Source: Candidatus Fermentithermobacillaceae bacterium
Lineage (GTDB): Bacteria; Bacillota; Sulfobacillia; Fermentithermobacillales; DUSS01
Reading direction: 5' to 3'
Assembly (NCBI GenBank): GCA_012842495.1
Contig: DUSS01000016.1
Coordinates: forward strand, 6,136 to 70,135
DNA: 64,000 nucleotides
The notes beneath the pieces are model-generated. The model made no database searches, was not told the origin of the DNA, and saw only the letters and a list, made by a program, of their open reading frames with translations. The position numbers were made by a program, and so were the translations under genes. This document shows, piece after piece, positions 29,421 through 39,109 of this stretch (positions are counted from its first letter, which is position 1; each line of letters begins with the position of its first letter).

Positions 29421-30008
29421 TTACATGTGACCGTTGAGCATCGCACCATTTCCGGCCGGATCTCTCCCCGACGCCAACCCTGGCATTTCCCGGGAATCGG
29501 TCCGGGAATCCTTCCGCATCGACCGGAAGAACTCCTGCAGGAGTTCCCTGCACTCGTCTTCCATAAATGGGCCGACGACCTGGACGCGGTGGTTCAAGGA
29601 GCGATTCCCTGGAACGTCCATTACGCTCCCGCAGGCCCCTGCCTTGGGGTCCCTGGTCCCGAACACCACCATGTCGATTCTGGCCAGGACCAGAGCGCCC
29701 GCACACATGGCGCACGGCTCGAGAGTAACGTACATCGTCGCCCCGGTAAGACGCCACGCACCTACAATAAACGCCGCCCGCCTGAGCGCGATTATCTCAG
29801 CGTGAGCTGTGGGATCCCTGAGCGTTTCCCTGAGATTGCATGCCCTGCTCAGGATCTCGCCATCCAGCATGACGCACGCGCCCACGGGGACCTCTCCTAT
29901 TGACAGCGCGTGCCGCGCCTCTTCCAGCGCGACGCTCATCCCGAGCCGGTGTTCGTCCAACCGCGCCCGGAGCCGCTCCATCGGGTCTTCGACCGGTGCC
30001 ACTTTCAT
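29421..30008 (-). CDS. tadA: tRNA-specific adenosine deaminase
   Basis: It has the CDA-fold motifs HAEIIALR and TLEPCAMCAGAL. It lies within a tRNA cluster upstream of ffs-dnaX. The start is uncertain: ATG at 30008 or an internal ATG. Confidence 0.85.
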   Translation of the reverse strand: MKVAPVEDPMERLRARLDEHRLGMSVALEEARHALSIGEVPVGACVMLDGEILSRACNLRETLRDPTAHAEIIALRRAAFIVGAWRLTGATMYVTLEPCAMCAGALVLARIDMVVFGTRDPKAGACGSVMDVPGNRSLNHRVQVVGPFMEDECRELLQEFFRSMRKDSRTDSREMPGLASGRDPAGNGAMLNGHM

Positions 30009-30096
30009 ACCCCCGGAATTTACAGCCCCCGGAATTTACAGGCCGCCTTCAATTGGGTCGGCCGAAGGGCGCCTCAAAGACGCCTTCATGAAAACT

Positions 30097-30175
30097 TGGT
30101 GCGCCCGAGAGGACTCGAACCTCCGCCAGACGGGGATTAGGAATCCCCCGCTCTATCCGACTGAGCTACGGGCGC
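30097..30175 (-). tRNA. tRNA-Arg (anticodon CCT), CCA encoded
   Basis: It has acceptor GCGCCCG/CGGGCGC, D-arm AGCTCAGTCGGATAGAGC, anticodon loop TTCCTAA and T-arm GGTTCGAGTCC. Confidence 0.85.
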
Positions 30176-30236
30176 ACGTGAAAGTCTTTCTCTGGGTAAT
30201 ACTTCTCTTTTTATGGGAAACGGTTCGAAACCTTTC

Positions 30237-30313
30237 TGGTGCGCCCGGCGGGAGTCGAACCCACAGCCTACAGATCCGTAGTCTGCCGCTCTATCCAATT
30301 GAGCTACGGGCGC
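30237..30313 (-). tRNA. tRNA-Arg (anticodon ACG; the TadA substrate), CCA encoded
   Basis: It has acceptor GCGCCCG/CGGGCGC, anticodon loop CTACGGA and T-arm GGTTCGACTCC. Confidence 0.85.
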
Positions 30314-30318
30314 ACCGC

Positions 30319-30413
30319 TGGCGGAGAGGGAGGGATTCGAACCCTCGAAGGGGTTTTAGCCCCTTAACGGTTTAGCAAACCGTCGCCCTAGGCCTGCTAG
30401 GCGACCTCTCCGC
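30319..30413 (-). tRNA. tRNA-Ser (anticodon GCT), CCA encoded
   Basis: It has acceptor GGAGAGG/CCTCTCC, anticodon loop TTGCTAA, a long variable arm and T-arm GGTTCGAATCC. Confidence 0.85.
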
Positions 30414-30592
30414 TTATTCCGCCGGGCGACGAATCCCCGAGGTTGCCCCGGTTATCGTTTGCAACGCTTATCATAGCACGTCCGGCCGTTCCGCGCCAGT
30501 AGAGCGCTGGACTTCGTCGGGGAGCAAGGGTACGCAGGTGAAACATGGCCAGCCTGCCCGACCTCGAACCCCAAGGTCGCAGCGTTCATGAC

Positions 30593-30685
30593 GTGGCGGA
30601 GGGGGTGGGATTCGAACCCACGGAGGGCGTAAAACCCTCAACAGTTTTCAAGACTGCCGCAATCAACCGCTCTGCCACCCCTCCG
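30593..30685 (-). tRNA. tRNA-Ser (anticodon TGA), CCA encoded
   Basis: It has acceptor GGAGGGG/CCCCTCC, anticodon loop CTTGAAA, a long variable arm and T-arm GTGGGTTCGAATCCCAC. Confidence 0.85.
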
Positions 30686-30758
30686 CGTTCGCCATGATAC
30701 CACAAGGGCCCGGGTGGATCAATTTGACCGACCCGGCGTCGCCCGTAAACAGCCCGTC

Positions 30759-32171
30759 TCAGCCGGCGCCGTGCAACCGGCCTTGCATCCTGCGGACTAT
30801 GGCCCGGGCAGCCCGAACACCGGATGCCGATGCCTGAGCCAGCCCCCGGGTTATCCCCGCACCGTCTCCCACGGCGAAAAGTCCCGGGATTTCCGTCTCC
30901 ATGTCCGAATTCACTTTGACTCTGGATGAGTAGAACTTCACCTCGACTCCGTAAAGCAACGTGTTCCTCGACCATACGCCGGGGATGAACCCCTCGAGAG
31001 CTTCGAGCATTTCCAGGATGTTCATGACATACCTGTAGGGTAGCACGAGGGTGAGGTCGCCAGGAGTAGCGTCCCTAAGTGTCGGTTCGACCATCCCCTT
31101 GGCGAGCCTCCGGGCGGTCGATCTCCGGCCCTCCCACAGGTCGCCTAACCTTTGCACGAGGACACCTCCGCCGAGCATGTTGGCGAGAGTGGCGATGTTC
31201 TTTCCGTATGCGATGGGCTCCTTAAAAGGTTCGGTGAAAGTCTTCGATACAAGGACGGCGAAATTCGTGTTTTCCGTTTGCTTGCCGCTGTAAGAGTGAC
31301 CGTTTACCGTGATAACGCCGGCGGAGTTCTCCATCACCACTTCGCCCCTGGGACAGACGCAAAACGTTCGGACGAGGTCATCGAAGGCCCGTGAATAGTA
31401 ATGTATCTTGAACTCCCATATCTTTTCGGTAATTTCGTCGGTGAGGACTGCCGGGACCTCCACCCGGACGCCTATATCCACCGGATTAGCTTCGAGACTC
31501 AAGCCGATGCGCTCGGCCTCTTCCGAAAACCACCAGGCCCCTTCTCGCCCGGGCGCTACTACTACGCTGGCGGAGATCTCGGAAGTACCGTCCGCCAGAG
31601 CGACTCCGTGGACCCTTCCGTCCTGTATGAGTATTCTGTCGACCGTTACGCCCGTGCGAATCTCCACTTTGTCCTTGAGGTGGGTGTACATCGCCCTGAG
31701 GATGTCCGGGCACTTGTCCGTACCGAGATGCCTTATGCGGGCCGGGATGAGCTCCAGGCCGGCCCTGGCAGCCTCTTTAACCAGGGAGAAGACTGACTCT
31801 TCATCCGCTCCGAACACCCTGTTGGGGGCTCCAAACCGCTTCCAGATCCCATCCACGTACTCTATGAGCTCTCCTGCCTCCTGCCGCCCGAGGTACTCGG
31901 GGAGGAGTCCCCCGAACCGCGGGGTAAGGGTAAGCTTCCCGTCCGAGAAGGCGCCTGCCCCTCCCCAGCCGGATACGATGGAGCAGGGAGAACATTCGCG
32001 GCATCCCCGGGCCAGGGTATTCCTGGGGCAGACGCGCTTGTGGATCTCGGGCCCTTTTTCCAGCATCAGGATGGAAGCCGCCGGAAGTTTTTCGGAGAGC
32101 TCCAGCGCGGTAAAAATGCCGGCGGGTCCCGCGCCCACGATGATGACATCCCAGCGTTTCATGAAGTCCAC
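30759..32171 (-). CDS. FAD-dependent oxidoreductase (COG2509-like uncharacterised FAD-dependent dehydrogenase) with a Cys-rich insert
   Basis: It has an N-terminal dinucleotide-binding motif VIIVGAGPAGIFTA, a C-terminal GLFAVGDGAG, and a CPRNTLARGCRECSPC cysteine cluster. Confidence 0.7.
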   Translation of the reverse strand: MDFMKRWDVIIVGAGPAGIFTALELSEKLPAASILMLEKGPEIHKRVCPRNTLARGCRECSPCSIVSGWGGAGAFSDGKLTLTPRFGGLLPEYLGRQEAGELIEYVDGIWKRFGAPNRVFGADEESVFSLVKEAARAGLELIPARIRHLGTDKCPDILRAMYTHLKDKVEIRTGVTVDRILIQDGRVHGVALADGTSEISASVVVAPGREGAWWFSEEAERIGLSLEANPVDIGVRVEVPAVLTDEITEKIWEFKIHYYSRAFDDLVRTFCVCPRGEVVMENSAGVITVNGHSYSGKQTENTNFAVLVSKTFTEPFKEPIAYGKNIATLANMLGGGVLVQRLGDLWEGRRSTARRLAKGMVEPTLRDATPGDLTLVLPYRYVMNILEMLEALEGFIPGVWSRNTLLYGVEVKFYSSRVKVNSDMETEIPGLFAVGDGAGITRGLAQASASGVRAARAIVRRMQGRLHGAG

Positions 32172-32210
32172 CGTCCTTCCCTCGACCGGGTTAGATGCCG
32201 CCTGACCGGC

Positions 32211-33533
32211 TTATGCGTGCATCACGTCGAGGTCTTCGAACCTGCACGTTTCTCTGGAGTAGAACAGCCTGGTGCTGCTGGTAGGCCCGTTCCGTTGCTT
32301 GGCTATGATGAGTTCGATGATATTCTGGTTTTCCATCTCGGGGTCGGTATAAAGAAATAGAACCACGTCGGCATCCTGTTCAATCGCGCCCGATTCCCTG
32401 AGATCCGACAGAAGAGGGCGGCGGTCCTGCCTTTGTTCCACCGCTCGAGACAGCTGCGACATGGCCAGAACCGGGACGTTGATTTCCCGGGCCAGGCTCT
32501 TAAGTGACCGGGAGATCTCCGAAATCTCCTGTTGCCTGTTTTCCCCTCTCCTCGACGGTCTCATGAGCTGCAAGTAATCCACAACTACGAGTCCCAGGCC
32601 CGCCTGGCTCTTGAGCCGCCTGCACCTCGACCTCAATTCCATGGTGGAAAGAGAGGGCGTATCGTCAATGTATATTTTAGCTTCCGCCAGACGGCCCAGG
32701 GCGACCGACAGGCGGCGCCACTCCTCGTTGTCGAGAAATCCGCCTCGTAAGCGCTGGCTGTCGATATTGGCCTCGGAGCACAGGAGCCTCTGAGCCACCT
32801 GTTCCCTGGACATTTCAAGACTGAAGAAGACGACAGGCACATCCTCCTTCAGGGCTACGTTCCGCGCTATGTTGAGGGCGAGGGAGGTCTTACCAACAGA
32901 AGGTCTGGCGGCCAGGATGATCAGGTCGGATTGTTGGAATCCCGATGTAATCCTGTCGAGATCCTTCAAACCGGTCGCAAGACCGATGGTACCCCCCGGC
33001 TTGGAGGACAGGTACTCCAGGTGTTCCATGGTCTCTACTAGAACATCTTTCAGCGGTATGCAGGTGTTCCCCGGTCGCTTTTGAGCTACGTCGAATATGG
33101 CTTGTTCAGCTTTATCCAGGATTTCATCGACGTCCGTCTGGGCTGAGTAGGCAGAAGAGGCGATTTCCGTGGCGGCCGAAATTAGCCGCCTTAAAACCGC
33201 CTTCTCCTTTACGATCCTGGCGTAGTATTCGACGTTGGCGGCGGTCGGTACAAAGTTGGCCAGCATCCCCAGGAACGATGCCCCTCCGACCTTATCGAGT
33301 TCGCCGGTAGCTCTAAGCTTATCCGACACGGTGACGAGATCGGTCGGCTCGCCCTTGTCGAGCATTTCGAGCATTCGGGTGAAAATCACCCGGTGAGCGT
33401 CTCTGTAAAAGTCTTCGGGGTCCAGGAAATCTGCGCAGTAGATCGCAGCATCCTTGTCAATGAGCATTGAACCCAGGACCGATTGTTCCGCCTCCAGGTT
33501 CTGAGGTGGTACCCGCTCTTCGCTCGACGCCAC
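32211..33533 (-). CDS. dnaB: Replicative DNA helicase (DnaB family; DnaC in Bacillus nomenclature)
   Basis: The N-terminal PPQNLEAEQSVLGSMLID is followed by RecA-like Walker A/B motifs (GKTSLALNIA, VVVDYLQLM). Confidence 0.95.
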   Translation of the reverse strand: MASSEERVPPQNLEAEQSVLGSMLIDKDAAIYCADFLDPEDFYRDAHRVIFTRMLEMLDKGEPTDLVTVSDKLRATGELDKVGGASFLGMLANFVPTAANVEYYARIVKEKAVLRRLISAATEIASSAYSAQTDVDEILDKAEQAIFDVAQKRPGNTCIPLKDVLVETMEHLEYLSSKPGGTIGLATGLKDLDRITSGFQQSDLIILAARPSVGKTSLALNIARNVALKEDVPVVFFSLEMSREQVAQRLLCSEANIDSQRLRGGFLDNEEWRRLSVALGRLAEAKIYIDDTPSLSTMELRSRCRRLKSQAGLGLVVVDYLQLMRPSRRGENRQQEISEISRSLKSLAREINVPVLAMSQLSRAVEQRQDRRPLLSDLRESGAIEQDADVVLFLYTDPEMENQNIIELIIAKQRNGPTSSTRLFYSRETCRFEDLDVMHA

Positions 33534-33638
33534 CGGCCTCCCCCCTTTCGACGATACTGCCCTGGATTCAAGCGGGACCCATCCTTCTTTTGCCCTAAAC
33601 TTTCGCCGGTTTCTTGCTCAAGCCCAGGTCATATCCGG

Positions 33639-35585
33639 TTATGCGGTCTGGAGGAATTGCCTCCAGTTCGGGTTCAGGTGGCCCAAAGCTTCGGATACGT
33701 CCCGCACGAATGCAACTTCGATCCCTCTCACCGCAGGAACCCCCTGCGCGTTTTCCAGAGGGAGCAGGACCTTCTTCATCCCTGCTTGCCTGGCACCGTA
33801 TATCTTCTCGTACACCCCGCCGATAGCTTTCACCTGACCCCTCAGGGACACTTCCCCGGTTACCGCGACATCCTGTCTCAGCGGTATCTCCCTTACCGCG
33901 GACATCACCGCGAGGCAGATGGCCAGGCCCGCCGAGGGACCGTCGACCTGAGCTCCTCCCACGATGTTTACCTGGATATCCCACGCCGCGGGATCAACCC
34001 CCAGAACCTTCCTCAAGGCAGCTGCGGCGTTGAAAAGGGAGTCCTTAACCATCGATCCCGCAGTATCGTTCATGCGTATGGCGCCTTTACCCTGCTCTTT
34101 CGCGGGAAAAGCTACGGCCTCCACTTCCAGCACGGAACCGACGTGCCCGAGGACACCGAGACCAAATGTCCGGCCCACTTCCATGTCGTCCCGGGCCTTC
34201 ACCGTCACGTAAGGGAGAAGCCTTGCAGACCTGATAGCTTCCTTCACATGGTCCACAGTCACCTGGATGTAGCCTCTTTCCGGCATCACGCCGCCAGATT
34301 CGTATAGGCTCGCCGCAAACGCGTCGGCCAGGACCCCCACGGCCTTTCGCCCTTCAATGGTGTGGTCAGCTATGATTTCCAGAGCTTCCTTGCTGAGCTT
34401 CGCCCGGAGCTTCTTCGCCGCGTTCTTCAGGATCTCGATGATGTGTTCGGGCGTAAGGGGATCGAAGAACACCTCGGCACACCTGGATCTTAGGGCCGGG
34501 CTGAGCTCTTCCGGTTCTCTGGTGGTGGCTCCGATCAGTATGAAGTCGGCGGGAGCGCCTTTGGAAAAGAGCCTCTTTACGTATTTCGGTACGCGCGGGT
34601 CGTCCGGATCATAATAGGACGACTCGAAGGTCACCCTCTTATCCTCCAGCACCTTCAAGAGCTTGTTTTGAAGCAAGGGATCCATCTCGCCGATCTCGTC
34701 GATGAATAGTACGCCGCCGGAAGCCTGGGTAACCAGACCGATTTTGGGCTCGGGTATCCCGCCCTCGGCCAGGTCCCGCCTGGCGCCTTGGTAGATAGGA
34801 TCGTGGACGGAGCCTAGGAGCGGGTTGGTTATTTCCCTCGGGTCCCACCTCAGCGTCGCGCCATCCGTCTCGATAAAGGGCGCATCCGGGGCAAAAGGAG
34901 TACACGCCATCTTCTTCGCTTCTTCGAGGACGAGGCGGGCGACGGACGTCTTGCCCACACCCGGAGGACCGTAAAGGATCACGTGCTGCGGATACGGACT
35001 TGCTATCTTGGCCAGGAGGTCTTTGATCGCCCGGTCCTGGCCGACGATCTCTTTGAGGGATTTCGGCCTGACCAGCTGGAGGCAGGACACGGAGAGAGTG
35101 CGCTTTTCTAGCTTCAAGAGCTCCCTCAGTTTTTGCTTGGTGGCGGGGGTTTCGGGCCCGACTTCTTCCTGAAGCACCTCCCTCCTTATGTCGTTGAGGT
35201 AGGCTTGGTGCTTCTCCTGGAGTTTTCTAGAAACCCGTGCCTCCATCTCCTGCTCCACCGACTGTCTCGCCACGAAGTCGGCGATTTCATCCTGGCAGTT
35301 ATCCAGGATGACCGGAATCTCTTCTATGCGGGGCTTCGCTCGCAAACCGGGGTCGTCGAAAACCACCTTCTGCAGGGCCAGCACTTGGCTGGAGAGGTCG
35401 TCGGACCTCATACCGCCGAGAGCCCCCAGTTTTCCTGCTTTGAGCACGAGCTTATCTGGTCCGTATATTGATGCGAGGAGGCTGAACATGGCGCCGACGC
35501 GCCGCCTTAACATATCTTCGCTTTGGAGAGAAAATTCGAGTGTTTCGTCATTCTTGAGAGTTTCTTTACCTGCTTTGGTTTTCAC
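33639..35585 (-). CDS. Lon-family ATP-dependent protease (LonB/LonC-like; AAA+ and S16 Ser-Lys dyad domains)
   Basis: It has AAA+ motifs ILYGPPGVGKTS and VLFIDEIGEMD and the S16 catalytic block DGPSAGLAICLAVMSA. The GTG start overlaps the rplI TGA stop (GTGA). Confidence 0.8.
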   Translation of the reverse strand: MKTKAGKETLKNDETLEFSLQSEDMLRRRVGAMFSLLASIYGPDKLVLKAGKLGALGGMRSDDLSSQVLALQKVVFDDPGLRAKPRIEEIPVILDNCQDEIADFVARQSVEQEMEARVSRKLQEKHQAYLNDIRREVLQEEVGPETPATKQKLRELLKLEKRTLSVSCLQLVRPKSLKEIVGQDRAIKDLLAKIASPYPQHVILYGPPGVGKTSVARLVLEEAKKMACTPFAPDAPFIETDGATLRWDPREITNPLLGSVHDPIYQGARRDLAEGGIPEPKIGLVTQASGGVLFIDEIGEMDPLLQNKLLKVLEDKRVTFESSYYDPDDPRVPKYVKRLFSKGAPADFILIGATTREPEELSPALRSRCAEVFFDPLTPEHIIEILKNAAKKLRAKLSKEALEIIADHTIEGRKAVGVLADAFAASLYESGGVMPERGYIQVTVDHVKEAIRSARLLPYVTVKARDDMEVGRTFGLGVLGHVGSVLEVEAVAFPAKEQGKGAIRMNDTAGSMVKDSLFNAAAALRKVLGVDPAAWDIQVNIVGGAQVDGPSAGLAICLAVMSAVREIPLRQDVAVTGEVSLRGQVKAIGGVYEKIYGARQAGMKKVLLPLENAQGVPAVRGIEVAFVRDVSEALGHLNPNWRQFLQTA

Positions 35586-36040
35586 TTTTCTTTTTTCACC
35601 TCCGCCTTGATTTCCACCTCGATAGTTACCTTCACCAGGGGATGAAGCTGGATTTGCACTTCGTGAACACCCAGCTCCTTAAGATTTTCCTCAAGAAGAA
35701 TCCTTCTCTTATCAACCTGCAAACCATACTGCCGGGCCACAGCATCGGCGATATCTTGGGCCGTGACCGACCCGAAAAGGCGCCCCTGCCCCGCCCTGGC
35801 CGAAACCACCACTCGTCTGCCCTGGATCCTCGCGGCATCCTGCCGCGCGGCCTCCAGGAGTCTGGATTCTTTGGACTTCAGAGCTTCTTTCCTTGACTCT
35901 TCTTCCCTGAGGCGACCGTCAGTAGCAGGCACGGCCATCTCCCGGGGGATGAGGTAGTTCCGGGCGTAGCCGTCTTTCACCTGAACGGTATCGCCCCGGC
36001 GCCCGAGGCCGGGAACGTCCTTTTTCAAGATGACCTTCAT
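35582..36040 (-). CDS. rplI: 50S ribosomal protein L9
   Basis: The sequence reads MKVILKKDVPGLGRRGDTVQVKDGYARNYLIPREMA.... GAGGTGAGGT lies 7 nt upstream. Confidence 0.95.
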   Translation of the reverse strand: MKVILKKDVPGLGRRGDTVQVKDGYARNYLIPREMAVPATDGRLREEESRKEALKSKESRLLEAARQDAARIQGRRVVVSARAGQGRLFGSVTAQDIADAVARQYGLQVDKRRILLEENLKELGVHEVQIQLHPLVKVTIEVEIKAEVKKEK

Positions 36041-36269
36041 GGGGCGACCTCACCTCACTATTCCGCCTCACCGGGTCCGGAAGCTCAGTTCGAGCTTGGC
36101 GCCCAGGTTACAAGGCTCCCAAGTGTCTTCCGCCCTCAGCCGGGCCTGGCCTAGGGCCGGTTAACCCGTCCCTGTCGACTGGTTCCGCGGCTGCAGCCCA
36201 CCGGTAACCCGCCGCCTGGCGCGGTATCCGACTTAACGACGGCGCCAGGCAAGACACCGTTCCATACTA

Positions 36270-37286
36270 TCATAAGTCTTCAAGGTTGCCCCAACGAATC
36301 CTCCTGAGGTCCATCATGGCGTCGAGCGCTCCACACAGCTGTGCGACGAAGCTGAAAGACGGGCTCGTAACGATGTAAATGCTGAGGAAAACGATGAGAA
36401 AGCCCGGCATCTTTGCCTCTTTAAGATAGTAAGCGAGCAGGCTCAGCCCTTCGAAGAGCATAAAGAAGGAAGTCCCTGCGATCAGATTCATGACTACTGC
36501 GCGGATCAGGGGATACGCGGCCAGCTGATTTGCGAAGGCTGCCGGGACGGTGCTTGCCAGAAAGAACAGAAGCCCGAACCACGGCGGGAAGATCCACCTG
36601 GAGAACGGAGGCAACTCGTTCACAGGTACCCCAAAGCGGCGCAACACCGCGCCCGAGACCGTATAGTTGAGGTAGGCATGAATAGCTGCAGCTGTTACCA
36701 GGAGCCCGACGATTGTCTGTCTGAGCGTTTCGCTGAGAGAAGTAATCATCGCCTGTCTGGTACTGGTCCATTCCGCGGCATCGAAGGGCTTCCCCGTGAG
36801 TTTGGCAGCGAGCTGCGCCCCTTGCTCCATCCCGGACACCATCGATTCTGTGGCCTGCCTGAGGAGAGCCTCAGGAGCAAGTCCCAGGGCGATGACGGAA
36901 AGGAGGACGTTCACGGCAGCGATGAAGATGGCGGCGATGGTCATCAGTAAAAGCGTTTTTTGTGCGTCGAGTTTCTTCATTATGCCGTAACCCAGGCTCA
37001 GGCCACCCAGGACGAGCACCAGTCCTGCCCCCAGTGCAACAATGGGGTTCAGGAAGGCCATGGAAATAAGGGTCGCTACTACGGCAGACAAGACCCCCCA
37101 TTTTAATCCGTGTCTTGAGACAACCACGGCTACCGGGACCGGCCCGAGAAAGGCAGCTCCGATTCCGATCACGGGTGCGTACTCGGCTAGCAGGATTATG
37201 ACCACGGCAAGGGCGGCGAGGAAGGCCGACTCGACGAGAGCTCTCTGGCCCCGCCCGCGGGCGTCCGCATGATTTCTGTCTGTCAT
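36270..37286 (-). CDS. yybS: YybS-like polytopic membrane protein (DUF2232)
   Basis: It is a multi-TM protein in the conserved rpsR-yybS-rplI position. The start is set at the ATG at 37286, with AAGGGAG 5 nt upstream. The 87-aa N-terminal extension in the ORF track is rejected. Confidence 0.65.
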   Translation of the reverse strand: MTDRNHADARGRGQRALVESAFLAALAVVIILLAEYAPVIGIGAAFLGPVPVAVVVSRHGLKWGVLSAVVATLISMAFLNPIVALGAGLVLVLGGLSLGYGIMKKLDAQKTLLLMTIAAIFIAAVNVLLSVIALGLAPEALLRQATESMVSGMEQGAQLAAKLTGKPFDAAEWTSTRQAMITSLSETLRQTIVGLLVTAAAIHAYLNYTVSGAVLRRFGVPVNELPPFSRWIFPPWFGLLFFLASTVPAAFANQLAAYPLIRAVVMNLIAGTSFFMLFEGLSLLAYYLKEAKMPGFLIVFLSIYIVTSPSFSFVAQLCGALDAMMDLRRIRWGNLEDL

Positions 37287-37353
37287 TCGATCTCCCTTCC
37301 CTGAGAACGTTGATCTCGGGCGATGCGTAACCAGGATCATGCCGTTGTCGATG

Positions 37354-37392
37354 GCATATCTCCTGCCTCCATATGCTGGCCAGGAGATATGC
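37354..37392. repeat. Perfect 12-bp inverted repeat (GCATATCTCCTG / CAGGAGATATGC) with a 15-nt spacer, in the rpsR-yybS intergenic region
   Basis: Seen directly. A second GC-rich hairpin GGCGCCGGatctctCCGGCGCC lies at 37441-37462. Confidence 0.55.
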
Positions 37393-37624
37393 CGCAGCTC
37401 ATCTGGCTTAGTGTCCGGTGCCGCCGTACGGTGTAGACAGGGGGCGCCGGATCTCTCCGGCGCCCCACTTCCATCCAACGAGTTCGCTGCGACCCAACGC
37501 GCTTGTCCGGTCATTCGCCAGCATTTCCCAGACTCACGGCGCCCCATTTTCCGTCGCGGACCGGTGAAGCCCCTGCCCGTGTCGGGTCTTCTTTAACATT
37601 CAGCGCCATGTGTTACCCGTCCAG

Positions 37625-37855
37625 TCATTCTACCGTGAAGGGCAAAAGAGCCATTACTCTCGCCCTTTTGATAGCCCGAGTGAGCTGGCGCTGGTGACGG
37701 GCGCAATTCCCGGTGATGCGCCGGGGAAGGATCTTCCCTCTCTCGGTAAGGTATCGCCGCAACCTGGGAACATCCTTGTAGTCTATCTCCTCTATCCCGT
37801 CGACGCAAAACGCGCATACCTTTCTTCTTGCTTTACGACCATGTTCTCGCCTCAA
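37625..37855 (-). CDS. rpsR: 30S ribosomal protein S18
   Basis: The sequence ...[51 protein letters not shown] matches S18. Confidence 0.95.
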   Translation of the reverse strand: MRREHGRKARRKVCAFCVDGIEEIDYKDVPRLRRYLTERGKILPRRITGNCARHQRQLTRAIKRARVMALLPFTVE

Positions 37856-37927
37856 TGCGACATCCTCCCTACCTGAGCCCGACGCCGGGGGCGATACCCA
37901 GGCGTGGCAGTTACCTGCTCCGCGGCT

Positions 37928-38440
37928 TTAGCGCCGGCCGGATTTGGGCGTCGGCTTCTCTCCGGCAGATTTCCCACCGGTTTCGGGCTCCGGTTCGCTA
38001 TCGGATTCTTCGTGAATATCCGGCTCTCCGGAGGCGGGCGGCCCCCCGCTGACACCGGCAGGATCCACGAATTCGTCTTCCTCAAGTGAAGCCGTCTCCA
38101 GAGCTTCCGCTTCGGCCCTCGAGGGCGCCGACAGAAAGTGGACCCCGTCGGCTACAACCTCTGCGACTTTTCGTTTCTGCCCGTCTTGGGTCTGGTAAGA
38201 CCTGATCTGGAGCCTCCCTTCGACTGCCACCAATCGCCCTTTAGACAGGTAATTGGAGCAGGTTTCGGCCAGGCGGCCCCATGTTACTATATCGATGAAG
38301 TCGGTTTCTTTTTCTCCTTGCTGGTTGCGGCGGCGATCCACGGCGAGCGTAAACGAAGCTACCGCCTTGGCCGAGGGAGTATATCTGAGTTCCGGGTCCC
38401 TCGTAAGCCGCCCTACCAATACGATCCGGTTGAGCATCAA
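37928..38440 (-). CDS. ssb: Single-stranded DNA-binding protein
   Basis: The sequence MMLNRIVLVGRLTRDPELRYTPSAKAVASFTLAVDRRR forms an OB-fold. It has an acidic tail. Confidence 0.95.
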   Translation of the reverse strand: MMLNRIVLVGRLTRDPELRYTPSAKAVASFTLAVDRRRNQQGEKETDFIDIVTWGRLAETCSNYLSKGRLVAVEGRLQIRSYQTQDGQKRKVAEVVADGVHFLSAPSRAEAEALETASLEEDEFVDPAGVSGGPPASGEPDIHEESDSEPEPETGGKSAGEKPTPKSGRR

Positions 38441-38510
38441 GCGTCCCTCCAGTTTCTCACCTTAACGGGATGTTGGTGACGACGGAAAAACCTGATCCGA
38501 AACCAATGTG

Positions 38511-38951
38511 TCAGCTTTGCTGACCTTCTGGAGTGGGGACAGGGGACTCGTCGGCAATGGGTTCGCCGCTTTCCCTCGGTTCGTGCCCCTCCTCCCGTTC
38601 GGTGGCGCCGAAAGCTTCGGCGGGACGGCCTCTTCGCACCCTGGGCTTCGGAGGCTCGAGACTTGACGGGGAAGCGCGGACGATCATGTGCCTGAGGAGG
38701 TCGGCGTCGATCTTCATGAGACGGTCGAGTTCTCTCGTAAGGGCGGGTTCCCCTTCAAACGTTATGAGCACGTATACTCCTTCGCGCTGGCCGTCGATCT
38801 CGTAGGCGAGTCTTCGTTTTCCCCACTTGTCCTGTTTTTTCACCTGACCGCCGGTAGAAGTGATGATATCCTGGTACTTGCCGATGACAGAAGATACCTT
38901 CTCCTCGTCCAGGTCCGGTCTGGTGATGAACATCAGCTCATACAGGCGCAA
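38511..38951 (-). CDS. rpsF: 30S ribosomal protein S6
   Basis: The sequence (M)RLYELMFITRPDLDEEKV... begins at a TTG at about 38951, with GGGGGGT upstream. It has an extended acidic C-terminal tail. Confidence 0.9.
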   Translation of the reverse strand: MRLYELMFITRPDLDEEKVSSVIGKYQDIITSTGGQVKKQDKWGKRRLAYEIDGQREGVYVLITFEGEPALTRELDRLMKIDADLLRHMIVRASPSSLEPPKPRVRRGRPAEAFGATEREEGHEPRESGEPIADESPVPTPEGQQS

Positions 38952-39109
38952 TGACAAATTACCCCCCTTCCATGGACTTTTGGTCCCGTTTATCGGGACG
39001 GAAGAGAAGCTACCGCTCAACCGGCGCGTCGCTGATTATAACACCCGGAAGAAGGAAACACAACGGACGCGGGCGGAGTCGCACGCTGGCCCGGTATTCG
39101 TATCACGTC

